From the NCBI GenBank assembly GCA_049969675.1, contig JBMFOP010000007.1, forward strand, positions 1 to 51,415: a DNA stretch of 51,415 nt, read 5' to 3'. Shown piece by piece: positions 8,232 to 18,204 of this stretch. Position 1 is the first letter of the stretch, and each line of letters starts with the position of its first letter. A program made the position numbers and the translations under genes. This DNA comes from Myxococcota bacterium (GTDB lineage Bacteria > Myxococcota > SpSt-1050). The notes under the pieces were generated by a model. That model saw only the letters and a list, made by a program, of their open reading frames with translations. It did not search any database and had not been told where the DNA came from.

Positions 8232-10667
8232 ATGGCAGATATAAATAGTGAAATAAAGAGATATGAATTAAAAGCTGAGGACCTTGTAATAAAGGAGAAG
8301 ATAAGAAAACTCTTCTTAGAATCCGGCAAACTTACTACCATAATGCCCGGCATAATTGGACAGGAGAGGGCTATTGAATCTCTAAAGCTCGGTATCAGTA
8401 TAAATGGACCGGGTTATAATATTTATGTGTGTGGCATATCTGGTAGTGGAAGGACATCTACTGTAAAAGACCTGCTCAAAACGGTCAAAAAACCACGTAA
8501 AAAGCTAATTGACAGATGTTATGTCTACAACTTTAGAAATCCAGATGTACCTATGTTGATTGAATTGGCTGTAGGTAATGGAGTAAATTTCAAAAAGGAT
8601 ATAGACAATTTTGTAAATTCATTGAAAGATAAGATTCCAAGACTTTTCTATAAGCCGGAGTATTCAAGAGAGAAGAATAAACTCAGAAGAAGGGCGGAGA
8701 AGAAACAGCAAAGTAGAGTAGAAGAATTTTCCAAGAAGCTCAGAAAGGAAGGATTTATCCTCACAGAGGTAGAGACACCAACAGGGAATGTCCCACAAAT
8801 TGCATTTTTGCAGGGGAAGAAGACGGTGGATTTAGCTACCCTTGCCAGTTATGTTGATTCCGGGAAGCTAAAAGAGGAAGAGTTTAAGATTCTGCTTGAT
8901 AAGCACAGGAGAAAGGAACAGGAACTGGATGAGATAGTTAAAGAGATTCGCAGGATAAGTAAGGAGCTTGAAGAACAATCAAAGAATCTGGATAGGTCTA
9001 TGGTTGAAAAAGATATTGATAATTATATTGAAGAATTAAGTGCAAAATATAACAATGAAAAGATAAAGGAGTTTCTGAGCGGTCTCAAATCAGATTTGCT
9101 GGATAATATTGCTGTATTTAAGGATGAAGTCATAACCGGTGGTCCTGAGGAGGATGCTGAAGAGAGGAATCAAAAGATAAATGACCTGCTTATGAGATAT
9201 AGAGTTAATCTTATTCTTGATAATTCCGGAAGTGAAGAGTGTCCCGTAGTAATAGAGACAATGCCCACATTTGGAAGGCTCTTTGGAACAATAGATATTG
9301 TGCAGGATTCAAGTCAGAGAGCACCAGCAAATCATATGTCAATTAAGGCTGGTTCATTACTGAAAGCCGACGGTGGATTTCTTGTGTTGAATGCCCATGA
9401 TGTTGTACAGGAGCCGTTGATCTGGAGGATGCTTAAAAGGACACTCAGGAATCATAAACTTGAGATTCAAAACATTGAGGCACCTTTTAATATCAACCCT
9501 ACATCGCTCAAGCCGGAGCCTATTGATATAGATGTAAAGACAATATTAATCGGGGATGACGAACTCTATCAGATTCTCTGTGAATATGACCCTGATTTTA
9601 AGAAGATATTCAAAATAAAGTCCGAATTTGACCTTGAGATGGAGCTCAATGTTGAAAATATCTCAAAGTATAAGCAATTTATTTACAGGACAATAAAAGA
9701 AGAGAAATTGAAGGGTATAAATGATGAGGCAATAATTGAAGTAATAAGATATGCAGTCTCAAAGGTATCAGATACATTTAAGCTTACTACTTTATTTTCA
9801 GATATTGCAGACCTTTTGAGAGAGAGTTCGTTTATCTGCGAGTCCCGTGGAGCTGGTGAGATATCAGCACAGGATGTGCTTGATACAATAAAAAAGAGAG
9901 AAGAGAGGCACGCATTAATAAAAGATAATTTACAAAAGGCGATAGAGGAAGATGTAATAATTATTGAAACCGATGGTTATAAAATAGGTGTAATTAATGG
10001 CCTCACTGTCTATGAGCTTGCAGATATCTCTTTTGGTAAACCATCAAGGATTACCGCAAATGTGGCAGTTGGAAGGGAAGGAATTATAAATATTGAAAGA
10101 CAATCACTTCTTTCCGGACCAATATTTAACAAATCTGTATTGATACTAAATGGTTATCTACAGGAGAGATTCGGCTATGATATTCCTATCTCTATGAATG
10201 CAAGTATATGCTTTGAACAGTCTTATGGGGGTGTGGAGGGAGATTCGGCATCTATCGCAGAGACATATGCACTCCTTTCTGCAATCGCAGAAGTACCAAT
10301 ATATCAGGGTATCGCTGTTACTGGTTCAATGAATCAGAAGGGCGAGGTCCAACCAGTAGGTGGGATAAATGAGAAGATAGAGGGATTTTATCAACTCATA
10401 AGAGATAGAGGTTTTAATGGTAGTCAGGGAGTAATAATCCCTGCTAAAAATATTCGTCATCTGGTATTAAAAGATGAGATAGTTGATTCCATTAAAAAGG
10501 GTGAATTTCACATTTATGCAATATCCAGAGTAGAGGAGGGTATACCTATTCTGATGGGTATTGAGGCAGGGGAGCGAGAGGGGGATGATTATCAAAGAGA
10601 TACGCTATTCTTTAAGATCAGAGAGAGGTTAAAATACTTTAGCAGGATTATGAAAGAATATAGGTAG
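8232..10667 (+). CDS. Lon-like protease (peptidase S16, LonC/AAA_32 type)
   Basis: IIGQERA, degenerate Walker A GISGSGRTS, coiled-coil insertion, GSLLKADGG, FEQSYGGVEGDSAS (catalytic Ser), GGINEKIEGF (catalytic Lys). Confidence 0.92.
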   Translation: MADINSEIKRYELKAEDLVIKEKIRKLFLESGKLTTIMPGIIGQERAIESLKLGISINGPGYNIYVCGISGSGRTSTVKDLLKTVKKPRKKLIDRCYVYNFRNPDVPMLIELAVGNGVNFKKDIDNFVNSLKDKIPRLFYKPEYSREKNKLRRRAEKKQQSRVEEFSKKLRKEGFILTEVETPTGNVPQIAFLQGKKTVDLATLASYVDSGKLKEEEFKILLDKHRRKEQELDEIVKEIRRISKELEEQSKNLDRSMVEKDIDNYIEELSAKYNNEKIKEFLSGLKSDLLDNIAVFKDEVITGGPEEDAEERNQKINDLLMRYRVNLILDNSGSEECPVVIETMPTFGRLFGTIDIVQDSSQRAPANHMSIKAGSLLKADGGFLVLNAHDVVQEPLIWRMLKRTLRNHKLEIQNIEAPFNINPTSLKPEPIDIDVKTILIGDDELYQILCEYDPDFKKIFKIKSEFDLEMELNVENISKYKQFIYRTIKEEKLKGINDEAIIEVIRYAVSKVSDTFKLTTLFSDIADLLRESSFICESRGAGEISAQDVLDTIKKREERHALIKDNLQKAIEEDVIIIETDGYKIGVINGLTVYELADISFGKPSRITANVAVGREGIINIERQSLLSGPIFNKSVLILNGYLQERFGYDIPISMNASICFEQSYGGVEGDSASIAETYALLSAIAEVPIYQGIAVTGSMNQKGEVQPVGGINEKIEGFYQLIRDRGFNGSQGVIIPAKNIRHLVLKDEIVDSIKKGEFHIYAISRVEEGIPILMGIEAGEREGDDYQRDTLFFKIRERLKYFSRIMKEYR

Positions 10668-10676
10668 GGCAATAAT

Positions 10677-11486
10677 ATGAGAAGTAGAAAGAGAAGAGAG
10701 GTAGATGAGGTCGGTCTGGATATTTTTTATGAAAAGATTCTTCGCCTATATGATGAGAATAAATTTACTGAGGCAATAAAATCAGTAAAAGATGCAATAA
10801 GACATTACCCATATAGCAGCGAGCCATATATCTGGCTTGGAGATTTACTCTTTGAATCATCAGACCTATTGGGTGCACTTGAATCATATCATAAAGCCAT
10901 TAATCTTGATGAAAAGAATTATATTGCACTCAGCGCGGCAGCAAAGATCTATTTTCTGATTGGAGATTTTGAAAAGGCAAATAGCTATGTAGATAGGTCA
11001 CTTGACAATAATCCAGAAGAGGCAGAGGCGCTTTATCTCAAGGCATTGCTTCTGGATAGAGATGGAAATTTCTCTCTTGCAGACCAATATCTAAAAAAGG
11101 CTAATCTAATTGAGCCCGAGAATTATCCAAAACCAATCTCTATTAGCAGGACCAATTTTGAGGTACTGATCAAACTGGTATTACAGAAACTACCGGATAG
11201 GGTAAGGGAGTTTATGGATAATATTACGATTGTTGTTGAAGATGTCCCGTCTGCATCAGATATTGAGGCGGAGATGTCTCCATTATCTCTCTCAAAATTG
11301 TCAATAGAGAATGAGCCGGCTGGGAGAGTCTTTAAGATAGTACTTTTCAGGAGAAATATAGAGCACTTTTCACAGGATGAATCGGAATTAAAGGAAAATA
11401 TAAATATCTGTCTCTTAAATGAGATAAATAAGATATTAACGGTGCTTGAAGGAGATATACCGGATGGAAGGGAACACAAAGGTTAA
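10677..11486 (+). CDS. TPR protein with degenerate C-terminal zincin-like (Zincin_1) domain
   Basis: About 4 TPR-like repeats, then LPDRVREFMDNITIVVEDVP...IVLFRRNIE...EL; HExxH position reads NEINK. Confidence 0.75.
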   Translation: MRSRKRREVDEVGLDIFYEKILRLYDENKFTEAIKSVKDAIRHYPYSSEPYIWLGDLLFESSDLLGALESYHKAINLDEKNYIALSAAAKIYFLIGDFEKANSYVDRSLDNNPEEAEALYLKALLLDRDGNFSLADQYLKKANLIEPENYPKPISISRTNFEVLIKLVLQKLPDRVREFMDNITIVVEDVPSASDIEAEMSPLSLSKLSIENEPAGRVFKIVLFRRNIEHFSQDESELKENINICLLNEINKILTVLEGDIPDGREHKG

Positions 11487-12102
11487 AAGAATAATCAACT
11501 ATTTAAAAAGAAAGTATCCAGAATCAAAGACTGCGCTTCACTCAGATAATCCATTTCAGTTGTTAATTGCAACAATATTGTCCGCCCAGTGTACAGATGA
11601 GAGAGTAAATAAGGTAACACCAGCCCTCTTTAAGAGATTTAAGAGTCCGGATGATTTTGCCAAGGCAGATATAAAAGAGATTGAGGAGTATATTAAGAGT
11701 ACCGGATTTTATCATAATAAAGCAAAGAATATAAAAGAATGTTGTAAGGAGCTCATTGAGAGATACAACGGTGAAATCCCAGAAGATATTGATAAATTGA
11801 CCAGCCTCCCCGGTATAGGGAGGAAGACCGCCAATGTAGTTCTTGGGAATGGATTTGGTATCCCGAGTGGAGTGGTAGTAGATACACATGTATTGAGGAT
11901 TTCACAAAGGTTAGGACTTTCAAAGTATAGTGATGCAATGAAAGTGGAAGAAGATTTAATGAGAATAGTACCGAGAGATTACTGGATAGAGTTTTCAAAT
12001 GCAATGATTCTCTTTGGTAGAGATATATGTAATGCAAGGGCGCCGCTTTGTGAAAGATGTGGTTTGACTGATGTATGCGAATATTACAAAAAGTCTGATT
12101 GA
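11464..12102 (+). CDS. nth: Endonuclease III
   Basis: LIATILSAQCTD, HhH LPGIGRKTANVV, VVDTHV, [4Fe-4S] motif C-x6-C-x2-C-x5-C. Confidence 0.97.
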   Translation: MEGNTKVKRIINYLKRKYPESKTALHSDNPFQLLIATILSAQCTDERVNKVTPALFKRFKSPDDFAKADIKEIEEYIKSTGFYHNKAKNIKECCKELIERYNGEIPEDIDKLTSLPGIGRKTANVVLGNGFGIPSGVVVDTHVLRISQRLGLSKYSDAMKVEEDLMRIVPRDYWIEFSNAMILFGRDICNARAPLCERCGLTDVCEYYKKSD

Positions 12103-12730
12103 GAGGTTAAAGGAAGAACAGAATCGGCTATCTCTGAGGATTGTCTTTAAGCCCCTTAATAAGAAGAATGGCAAAATTGCTGGCGTAGATGTATCATATA
12201 AAGGGGAAGAGATATTCTGTTCAGTAGTAATACTATCTTTTCCTGAACTAAAACTAATCAACGTATATAACAAAAAGGGGAAGGTAGATTTTCCCTATAT
12301 CCCCGGATTTTTATCTTTCAGGGAGATGCCAATTATCCTGAACACTTTTGATAGGGTGAAAGAGAATTGTTTCTTGATATTCTGTGATGGGCAGGGGATT
12401 GCGCACCCGAGAGGGTTTGGACTGGCATCCCATATAGGGACATTACTGAAGATTCCATCTATTGGTTGTGCAAAGTCCAGACTCGTCGGGGAATATACAG
12501 AACCAGATCTTAAACGTGGGAGCTTCTCAAAATTGATATATAAAGGAATTGAGGTAGGAGTCGCTCTTAGAACGAGGGAGAATACAAAACCCATCTTTGT
12601 CTCAGCAGGCAATTATATAGACCTTGAATCCTCCATATATTATACACTATGCTGTGCCAGATATCGTATCCCGGAACCCACAAGACTCGCACATAAACAT
12701 GTCACTTTGTTCAAAAATAGTTTTAGTTAG
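12071..12730 (+). CDS. nfi: Endonuclease V
   Basis: AGVDVSY, FPYIPGFLSFRE, DGQGIAHPR, IGCAKS, PEPTRLAH; overlaps the nth 3' end. Confidence 0.95.
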   Translation: MYANITKSLIERLKEEQNRLSLRIVFKPLNKKNGKIAGVDVSYKGEEIFCSVVILSFPELKLINVYNKKGKVDFPYIPGFLSFREMPIILNTFDRVKENCFLIFCDGQGIAHPRGFGLASHIGTLLKIPSIGCAKSRLVGEYTEPDLKRGSFSKLIYKGIEVGVALRTRENTKPIFVSAGNYIDLESSIYYTLCCARYRIPEPTRLAHKHVTLFKNSFS

Positions 12731-12816
12731 AGTATTATAGAATTCAAATATTTCATTAATACATTTTATGCACTCTGCAGTACCCAATCTGCCAGTGAGA
12801 CAAAGGAGGTATAAAT

Positions 12817-13013
12817 ATGAAGATTATAAGATTTGTAACTTTATTAATTGTTATCACTACAACATGCTTGAATGTTAATGCAAAGGGGGTTAAAGAGCCG
12901 GTGATATAGAGAAGTATGAAAGATGCGAAGACAGTGACGAGATTAAAGGAGAAGATATTTTGCTTCTCCATGGTGGGATAGCAAGGAGTATCAATGATAA
13001 TCATTATATTTAA
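12817..13013 (+). pseudogene. Probable frameshifted remnant of a secreted protein (or a 30-aa small ORF)
   Basis: AAAGGAGGT RBS, then ATG and signal-peptide-like MKIIRFVTLLIVITTTCLNVNAK, stop at 12909; another frame continues ...GEDILLLHGG... to TAA at 13013. Confidence 0.45.
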
Positions 13014-13159
13014 ATGGTCTATTAAATCAGACGAACTTACATCCCAAGAAGAAAAAACTTGTAATGGATAGGGCTCTTCTCAAGATAAAATACTTATATA
13101 TAGATTGGTGGAGATGGGGATATGAACGCAGGATTAAATTTTTTAGCTGATTATTCTCA

Positions 13160-13188
13160 TTGAAAAATAAGAGATTGTATAATATAGT
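13160..13188 (+). promoter_or_regulatory. Putative sigma70 promoter
   Basis: TTGAAA-17 nt-TATAGT upstream of the gene at 13217. Confidence 0.5.
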
Positions 13189-13216
13189 TAAATAACACTT
13201 TTGAAGGGGGTGTATT

Positions 13217-14686
13217 ATGGCAGCAGGAAGAATTACCCTTTGCCTTGTGATTCTAATTAGCTCTGTTTCTTATGCCTATGATGTTGGGGAGATTGCGCTC
13301 ATTGAGGATACGGATGGGAAGATAATGGAAGCAATCTCAATGCCAGACCAGTATCTTGCACGGGTTGCCTGTAAGTTCTATCAGGATCATCCAGATATAT
13401 ATCAGGCAATATTTGTCTTTTCTGATATACCTCTCAACTTTATTACAAATGTTCAACAGGGCTGGCCTGTTCAGAGTATTTCAAAAGGAATAGGGAGGGA
13501 GTCGCCAAATGGTCAACTTTATAATCAGACGGCAAAATTCTGTAGCCAGAATGGAACATTGAGGCAGGCCGTTAAGATGGGGGATATAGCAAAATTACCC
13601 AATAACCCTGACGATAGATATACTGGAATCATTGGTTATGCCTTAAGTGGTATTGAACTTCTGGGACACGAATTTGGACATCAATGGCTTGTTGGTATAA
13701 AGGCAAAGACTGTTGAGGGGAAGAATCTCTGTGCGATGAGGGGATATGAGCCATCCGGTGAGCCCCAAACAGGTGATTGTGAATGGAATACTTCCATCAA
13801 TGACTACAATCAGCACTGGAGTTATTATTTTAATTCTGATGCTTCATTGATGTATGGAAGCCGAATAAAGGACCTCGGTGATGGCAAGTTTGAGTTGAGT
13901 TATGACCACCCCAAATATTCCGAGCTGGACCAATATCTGATGGGGCTCAGAAGTATAGATGAGGTAGATACGGATAAATTATTTTATGTGGATAATGGGA
14001 ATCAAAATAGCGGCTCCGCCTCTCTTCCTCTGCAGCCGGGGAAGACTGTAACTATCAGTGGCACAAGAGTCAATTTTACAATATCTGATATTATAAGGGC
14101 AATGGGAGAGAGGATCCCTCAAAGAGAGCCCTGTCACTTAAAAGGGGCTTTTATAATCGTATATGAGAAAGATAAACCTCCCTCACAGGCTACAATAAAT
14201 AAAGTTGATACATATCGTAAGAGATGGGAGACCTTTTATGATTGGGCGACAGATAATAGGGGCTCTTTTGACACCACCCTTGATGGGCGAGGAACAGGGA
14301 CTAATACCTGTCCCGGTGAGCCAGTCTCTCTTGATGCAGGTTATAAGGATATCTCAATTGAGGATACCTCAATAAATGATATATCTTATGGTGATATTCT
14401 GGATGCAGGGGTAAATGACGCTTACACGGATGCGTATTTTGAAGATGCTGTTTCAAAAGATGTTCTATCAGATATAACATCTGATGTTGTACAAACAGAT
14501 TCAGTTATTGATTCTAAATCTGAAGATATATCTGTTGTTGACAATGAGGTTGTAGATTCGTCAGTTGAAGATACTACCATTCTTAATGATGCAGATGAAT
14601 CTGAGGATGTAAAGAGGGTAAGAACTGATTTGAATCATCTTTCTAATGATGACTCTTCTGGGTGCAGTTGCAGTCTGATTGAGTAA
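13217..14686 (+). CDS. Secreted HExxH zinc metallopeptidase-like protein with Asp-rich linker and C-terminal GCSC tag
   Basis: Signal peptide (..SYA|Y), HEFGHQW, HWSYYF, SLMYG, DQYLMG; about 110-aa Asp-periodic stalk; ends SSGCSCSLIE*. Confidence 0.8.
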   Translation: MAAGRITLCLVILISSVSYAYDVGEIALIEDTDGKIMEAISMPDQYLARVACKFYQDHPDIYQAIFVFSDIPLNFITNVQQGWPVQSISKGIGRESPNGQLYNQTAKFCSQNGTLRQAVKMGDIAKLPNNPDDRYTGIIGYALSGIELLGHEFGHQWLVGIKAKTVEGKNLCAMRGYEPSGEPQTGDCEWNTSINDYNQHWSYYFNSDASLMYGSRIKDLGDGKFELSYDHPKYSELDQYLMGLRSIDEVDTDKLFYVDNGNQNSGSASLPLQPGKTVTISGTRVNFTISDIIRAMGERIPQREPCHLKGAFIIVYEKDKPPSQATINKVDTYRKRWETFYDWATDNRGSFDTTLDGRGTGTNTCPGEPVSLDAGYKDISIEDTSINDISYGDILDAGVNDAYTDAYFEDAVSKDVLSDITSDVVQTDSVIDSKSEDISVVDNEVVDSSVEDTTILNDADESEDVKRVRTDLNHLSNDDSSGCSCSLIE

Positions 14687-14972
14687 GATTTCTAAAAAAA
14701 ACTTTATATTCTAACTTCCCGGTTTTGAAGTAATATCACTGCGGCCAAAAATATTCTGCTTTAACTATTTGTAAAATAAGGCTTCTGGACGGGTAAATCT
14801 ATATTTTTATTTTATTCTTAAAATCAGGTTATCCCCCTTTCTTTAATAAATTATCTATTAAAATGCCGGACAATCTAAGTAAGGGCTAATAATCGTTATT
14901 CCCTTCAATTGCTACATCTGGCACAATAGGTAAGATCTCATAGGGTTTATTTGTTCATTGCCATAAATTTTA

Positions 14973-15020
14973 GTATAATAAACCCCGGTTAGAAAACCCG
15001 GCAACTGTTTTGTCTCATAA
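14973..15020 (-). repeat. 48-bp dispersed repeat, copy A
   Basis: Reverse complement TTATGAGACAAAACAGTTGCCGGGTTTTCTAACCGGGGTTTATTATAC matches 22030-22077 at 43/48. Confidence 0.85.
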
Positions 15021-15051
15021 CAAATGTTATAATAAGTAGATAAGGGTTTCT

Positions 15052-15102
15052 CTTCCATTTGAATGGCTTTGCTCTATGGTCATTGTAGTATTTAATGGCT
15101 TC
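15052..15102 (-). mobile_element. IS630-family transposase C-terminal remnant
   Basis: Minus strand encodes EAIKYYNDHRAKPFKWK, resembling the YN...KPFxW end of IS630 transposases; no intact ORF. Confidence 0.5.
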
Positions 15103-15577
15103 CCCCGAACATTCAATATTCTGATTAATTGATAGGGGGAATCTACTTAATGAATGAGCCTATTCAAATTAGCAGGATAACATTGCTACAAATCACCATA
15201 AGAGTTAAATCTCTTTATTTATATCTCTGCCCTTATCTCTCCCCTCACCTTACAAAACATATTCATAAGAAATGTTTGTAGAATTTATTAAAAACTAAGG
15301 CGATTCATATTCATATAAATAAATCCTTCTCTTCAAAATTCAATATCTAAGAGGACTAAAATTAAAATTTATGCTGGACAGATGTGACATTCTTAAAAAA
15401 ATGAAAATATCTTCTAAAATTTGCTTACGCCAAACATAGATTTGTCCGGAGGTACTGTTTATACTTATTCATAATAAGCCTTCTTTCATTATTTTACCTT
15501 ATAAAGGTTTTCTCATTTAAAAATTATTTTGGACAGATGTGGGGATGTTAAGGTTTAAAAAAACAGATAGTTTTTAT

Positions 15578-15606
15578 TTGCAATTATGCAATTGTATTTG
15601 TAGAAT
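15578..15606 (+). promoter_or_regulatory. Putative sigma70 promoter of gyrA
   Basis: TTGCAA-17 nt-TAGAAT, about 80 nt before the gyrA ATG. Confidence 0.6.
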
Positions 15607-15630
15607 TTTTCGGTCTTTTTGAGGGACGGC

Positions 15631-15656
15631 TCTACATCATCTGGATGTAGATTTTT
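15631..15656 (+). terminator. Terminator-like hairpin in the gyrA leader
   Basis: TCTACATC-ATCTG-GATGTAGA perfect 8-bp stem followed by TTTTT. Confidence 0.4.
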
Positions 15657-15688
15657 GGGAGTATTTTTGATTAGTAAAAGGAGCACTG

Positions 15689-18184
15689 ATGGAAGAGAGT
15701 AACAAAGATTCAAATGGGAATGATATCCCAACGGTAAATATTGAGACAGAGGTAAGACAGGCATACCTTGATTATGCAATGAGTGTTATTATCGGGAGGG
15801 CATTACCTGATGTGAGAGATGGCTTGAAGCCAGTTCATAGAAGGATTTTATATGCAATGTATAGAGAGGGGCTCACCTCAGACAAGAAGTATTCCAAGTG
15901 TGCCGGTGTGGTAGGAGAAGTTCTCAAAAAATACCATCCCCATGGGGATGCAGCGGTATATGATTCACTCGTCAGAATGGCTCAGGATTGGAATATGCGT
16001 TATCCTCTGATAGACGGACAGGGGAATTTTGGTTCCATTGATGGTGATCCGCCAGCTGCATATCGTTATACTGAGAGCAGACTTACCAGGATAGCAGAGG
16101 AGATGCTGAGTGATATTGATGAAGAGACGGTTGATTTTATGCCGAATTTTGATGGTTCAACTGAGGAACCGACAGTCCTCCCTTCAGCAATCCCCAATCT
16201 GTTGATTAATGGTTCCAATGGTATTGCGGTTGGTATGGCTACAAATATTCCACCGCACAATCTTGTGGAGGTGATAAATGCCTGTGTGGCATATATTGAC
16301 AATCCAGCAATTACCATTCAGGAGATTATTAAGATTCTGCCCGGTCCCGACTTCCCGACCGGTGCATTTATTTTAGGGCACGAAGGTATTTATCAGGCTT
16401 ATAGCACTGGCAAAGGTATAATAAAGATGCGCGCCAGGGCGCGTGTTGAGGTGGAGGATAAGTATGGGCATTCAGCTATTATTGTTGATGAGATTCCTTA
16501 TCAGGTCAATAAGGCAAGCCTGATTGAGAAGATTGCAGAACTTGTCAAGGAGAAGAAGATAGAGGGGATAAGTGATATAAGAGATGAATCGGATAGAGAA
16601 GGACTCAGAATCTATATTGAGCTCAGGAAGGATGTAAATGGGGAGATTGTATTGAATCAACTCTACAAGATGACGCAGATGCAGGAATCCTTTGGAGTAA
16701 ATCTGATAGCGATTGTAAATGGTCAACCGCGCACATTGAATATTAAGGAGGCAATAGAATATTTTATTGCCCACAGACGGGATGTGGTTTACAGAAGAAC
16801 CCGTTTTAGGCTAAATAAAGCAGAGGGGAGGGCGCATATACTTGAAGGACTCAAGATTGCCGTTGACAATATTGATGAGGTGATTTCAATTATTAGAGGT
16901 TCAAAGTCAACAGAGTTAGCCCGCACAAACTTGATGACCCGTTTTGACCTCACAGAGATACAGGCAAATGCCATTCTGGATATGAAGCTCTCCAAACTAA
17001 CCGCCCTTGAGAGAGAGCAGTTGGTTGAGGAGTATAAGAATATTCTACTTGAGATTGAGAGACTGAGGTCCATTCTGGCTGACGAATCGCTGCTTATGTC
17101 TATTATAAAGGAGGAACTGATTGCAATAAGAGATAAGTACGGAGATGATAGGAGGACGGTTATTGTTCAGGAAGAGGGAGATTTAAGTATTGAAGACCTC
17201 ATTGCAGATGAGGAGATGGTTGTAACTGTATCGCATGCTGGTTATGTAAAGAGAAATCCCCTTACCATCTATAGAAAGCAGAAGAGGGGAGGTAGAGGGA
17301 AGACCTCTATGACTACAAAGGAAGAAGATTTTGTTGAATATCTATTTGTTGCCTCTTCCCATACTTATTTGTTGATATTTACAGATAAGGGGATGCTGTA
17401 CTGGTTAAAGGTTCATGAGATCCCAGAGGCAGGTACACAGGCAAAGGGTAAACCGATTGTCAATCTCATCAAGATAAATCCCGAAGAGAGGGTCGCAGCA
17501 ATACTGCCGGTGAAGGCATTTGAAGAGGATAAATATGTTATAATGGTTACAAAGAAAGGGATTGCAAAGAAGGTCAATCTCTCTGCATTCTCAAATCCGC
17601 GCTCATCCGGTATAATTGCAATGAATGTTGCGGAGGATGATAGATTAATTGGAGCGAAGCTCTCCGATGGGACAAAGGAGGTATTGATATCCACAAAATT
17701 TGGGCTCGCAATCAGATTTAAGGAGAGCGAATTGAGACCAATGGGGAGAATGGCTCAGGGTGTTAGAGGGATTGACCTAAATGAGAATGATGAGGTGGTT
17801 GGACTTGAGGTATGTTCCAGCAAATCTTATATTCTTACAATCAATGAGAATGGTTTTGGCAAACGGACACAGCTTGAGGAGTATAGACTTGTGCACAGAG
17901 GGGGGAAGGGCGTTATAACTTCCAGAATAGGAGATAAGGCTGGCAATGTGGTGGCTACTATTGAGGTAGGTGATAAGGATGAGGTGATGATAATTACCGA
18001 AAATGGCATACTTATCAGGACCTCTGCCGAAGAGATTCGTTGTAGCGGGAGAAATACTATAGGAGTAAAGTTAATCGCCCTTGAGGCGGGAGATAAGGTG
18101 GCGGGTGTGACAAGGATTTCAGAGGAACAGATAAATGGCTCTGAGGATTCATCTGAGGGATGGAGCCCTGATTCCAGCAATTAA
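15689..18184 (+). CDS. gyrA: DNA gyrase subunit A
   Basis: [22 protein letters not shown], active-site AAYRYTE, GyrA-box QKRGGRG, beta-pinwheel repeats. Confidence 0.98.
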   Translation: MEESNKDSNGNDIPTVNIETEVRQAYLDYAMSVIIGRALPDVRDGLKPVHRRILYAMYREGLTSDKKYSKCAGVVGEVLKKYHPHGDAAVYDSLVRMAQDWNMRYPLIDGQGNFGSIDGDPPAAYRYTESRLTRIAEEMLSDIDEETVDFMPNFDGSTEEPTVLPSAIPNLLINGSNGIAVGMATNIPPHNLVEVINACVAYIDNPAITIQEIIKILPGPDFPTGAFILGHEGIYQAYSTGKGIIKMRARARVEVEDKYGHSAIIVDEIPYQVNKASLIEKIAELVKEKKIEGISDIRDESDREGLRIYIELRKDVNGEIVLNQLYKMTQMQESFGVNLIAIVNGQPRTLNIKEAIEYFIAHRRDVVYRRTRFRLNKAEGRAHILEGLKIAVDNIDEVISIIRGSKSTELARTNLMTRFDLTEIQANAILDMKLSKLTALEREQLVEEYKNILLEIERLRSILADESLLMSIIKEELIAIRDKYGDDRRTVIVQEEGDLSIEDLIADEEMVVTVSHAGYVKRNPLTIYRKQKRGGRGKTSMTTKEEDFVEYLFVASSHTYLLIFTDKGMLYWLKVHEIPEAGTQAKGKPIVNLIKINPEERVAAILPVKAFEEDKYVIMVTKKGIAKKVNLSAFSNPRSSGIIAMNVAEDDRLIGAKLSDGTKEVLISTKFGLAIRFKESELRPMGRMAQGVRGIDLNENDEVVGLEVCSSKSYILTINENGFGKRTQLEEYRLVHRGGKGVITSRIGDKAGNVVATIEVGDKDEVMIITENGILIRTSAEEIRCSGRNTIGVKLIALEAGDKVAGVTRISEEQINGSEDSSEGWSPDSSN

Positions 18185-18204
18185 TTATTTTAGGAGGTAA
18201 AGTT

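Noticed and set aside
12756..13004. 82-aa minus-strand ORF
   Set aside because: No RBS; the plus strand carries the RBS and signal-peptide signal
14895..14935. Minus-strand LPIVPDVAIE resembling a Uma2 nuclease motif
   Set aside because: Only 10 aa, bounded by stops; chance match likely
15375..15541. Direct repeat TGGACAGATGTG (15375 and 15530) as DnaA boxes/oriC
   Set aside because: Does not match TTATCCACA, only two copies, no dnaA/dnaN nearby; an operator role cannot be supported
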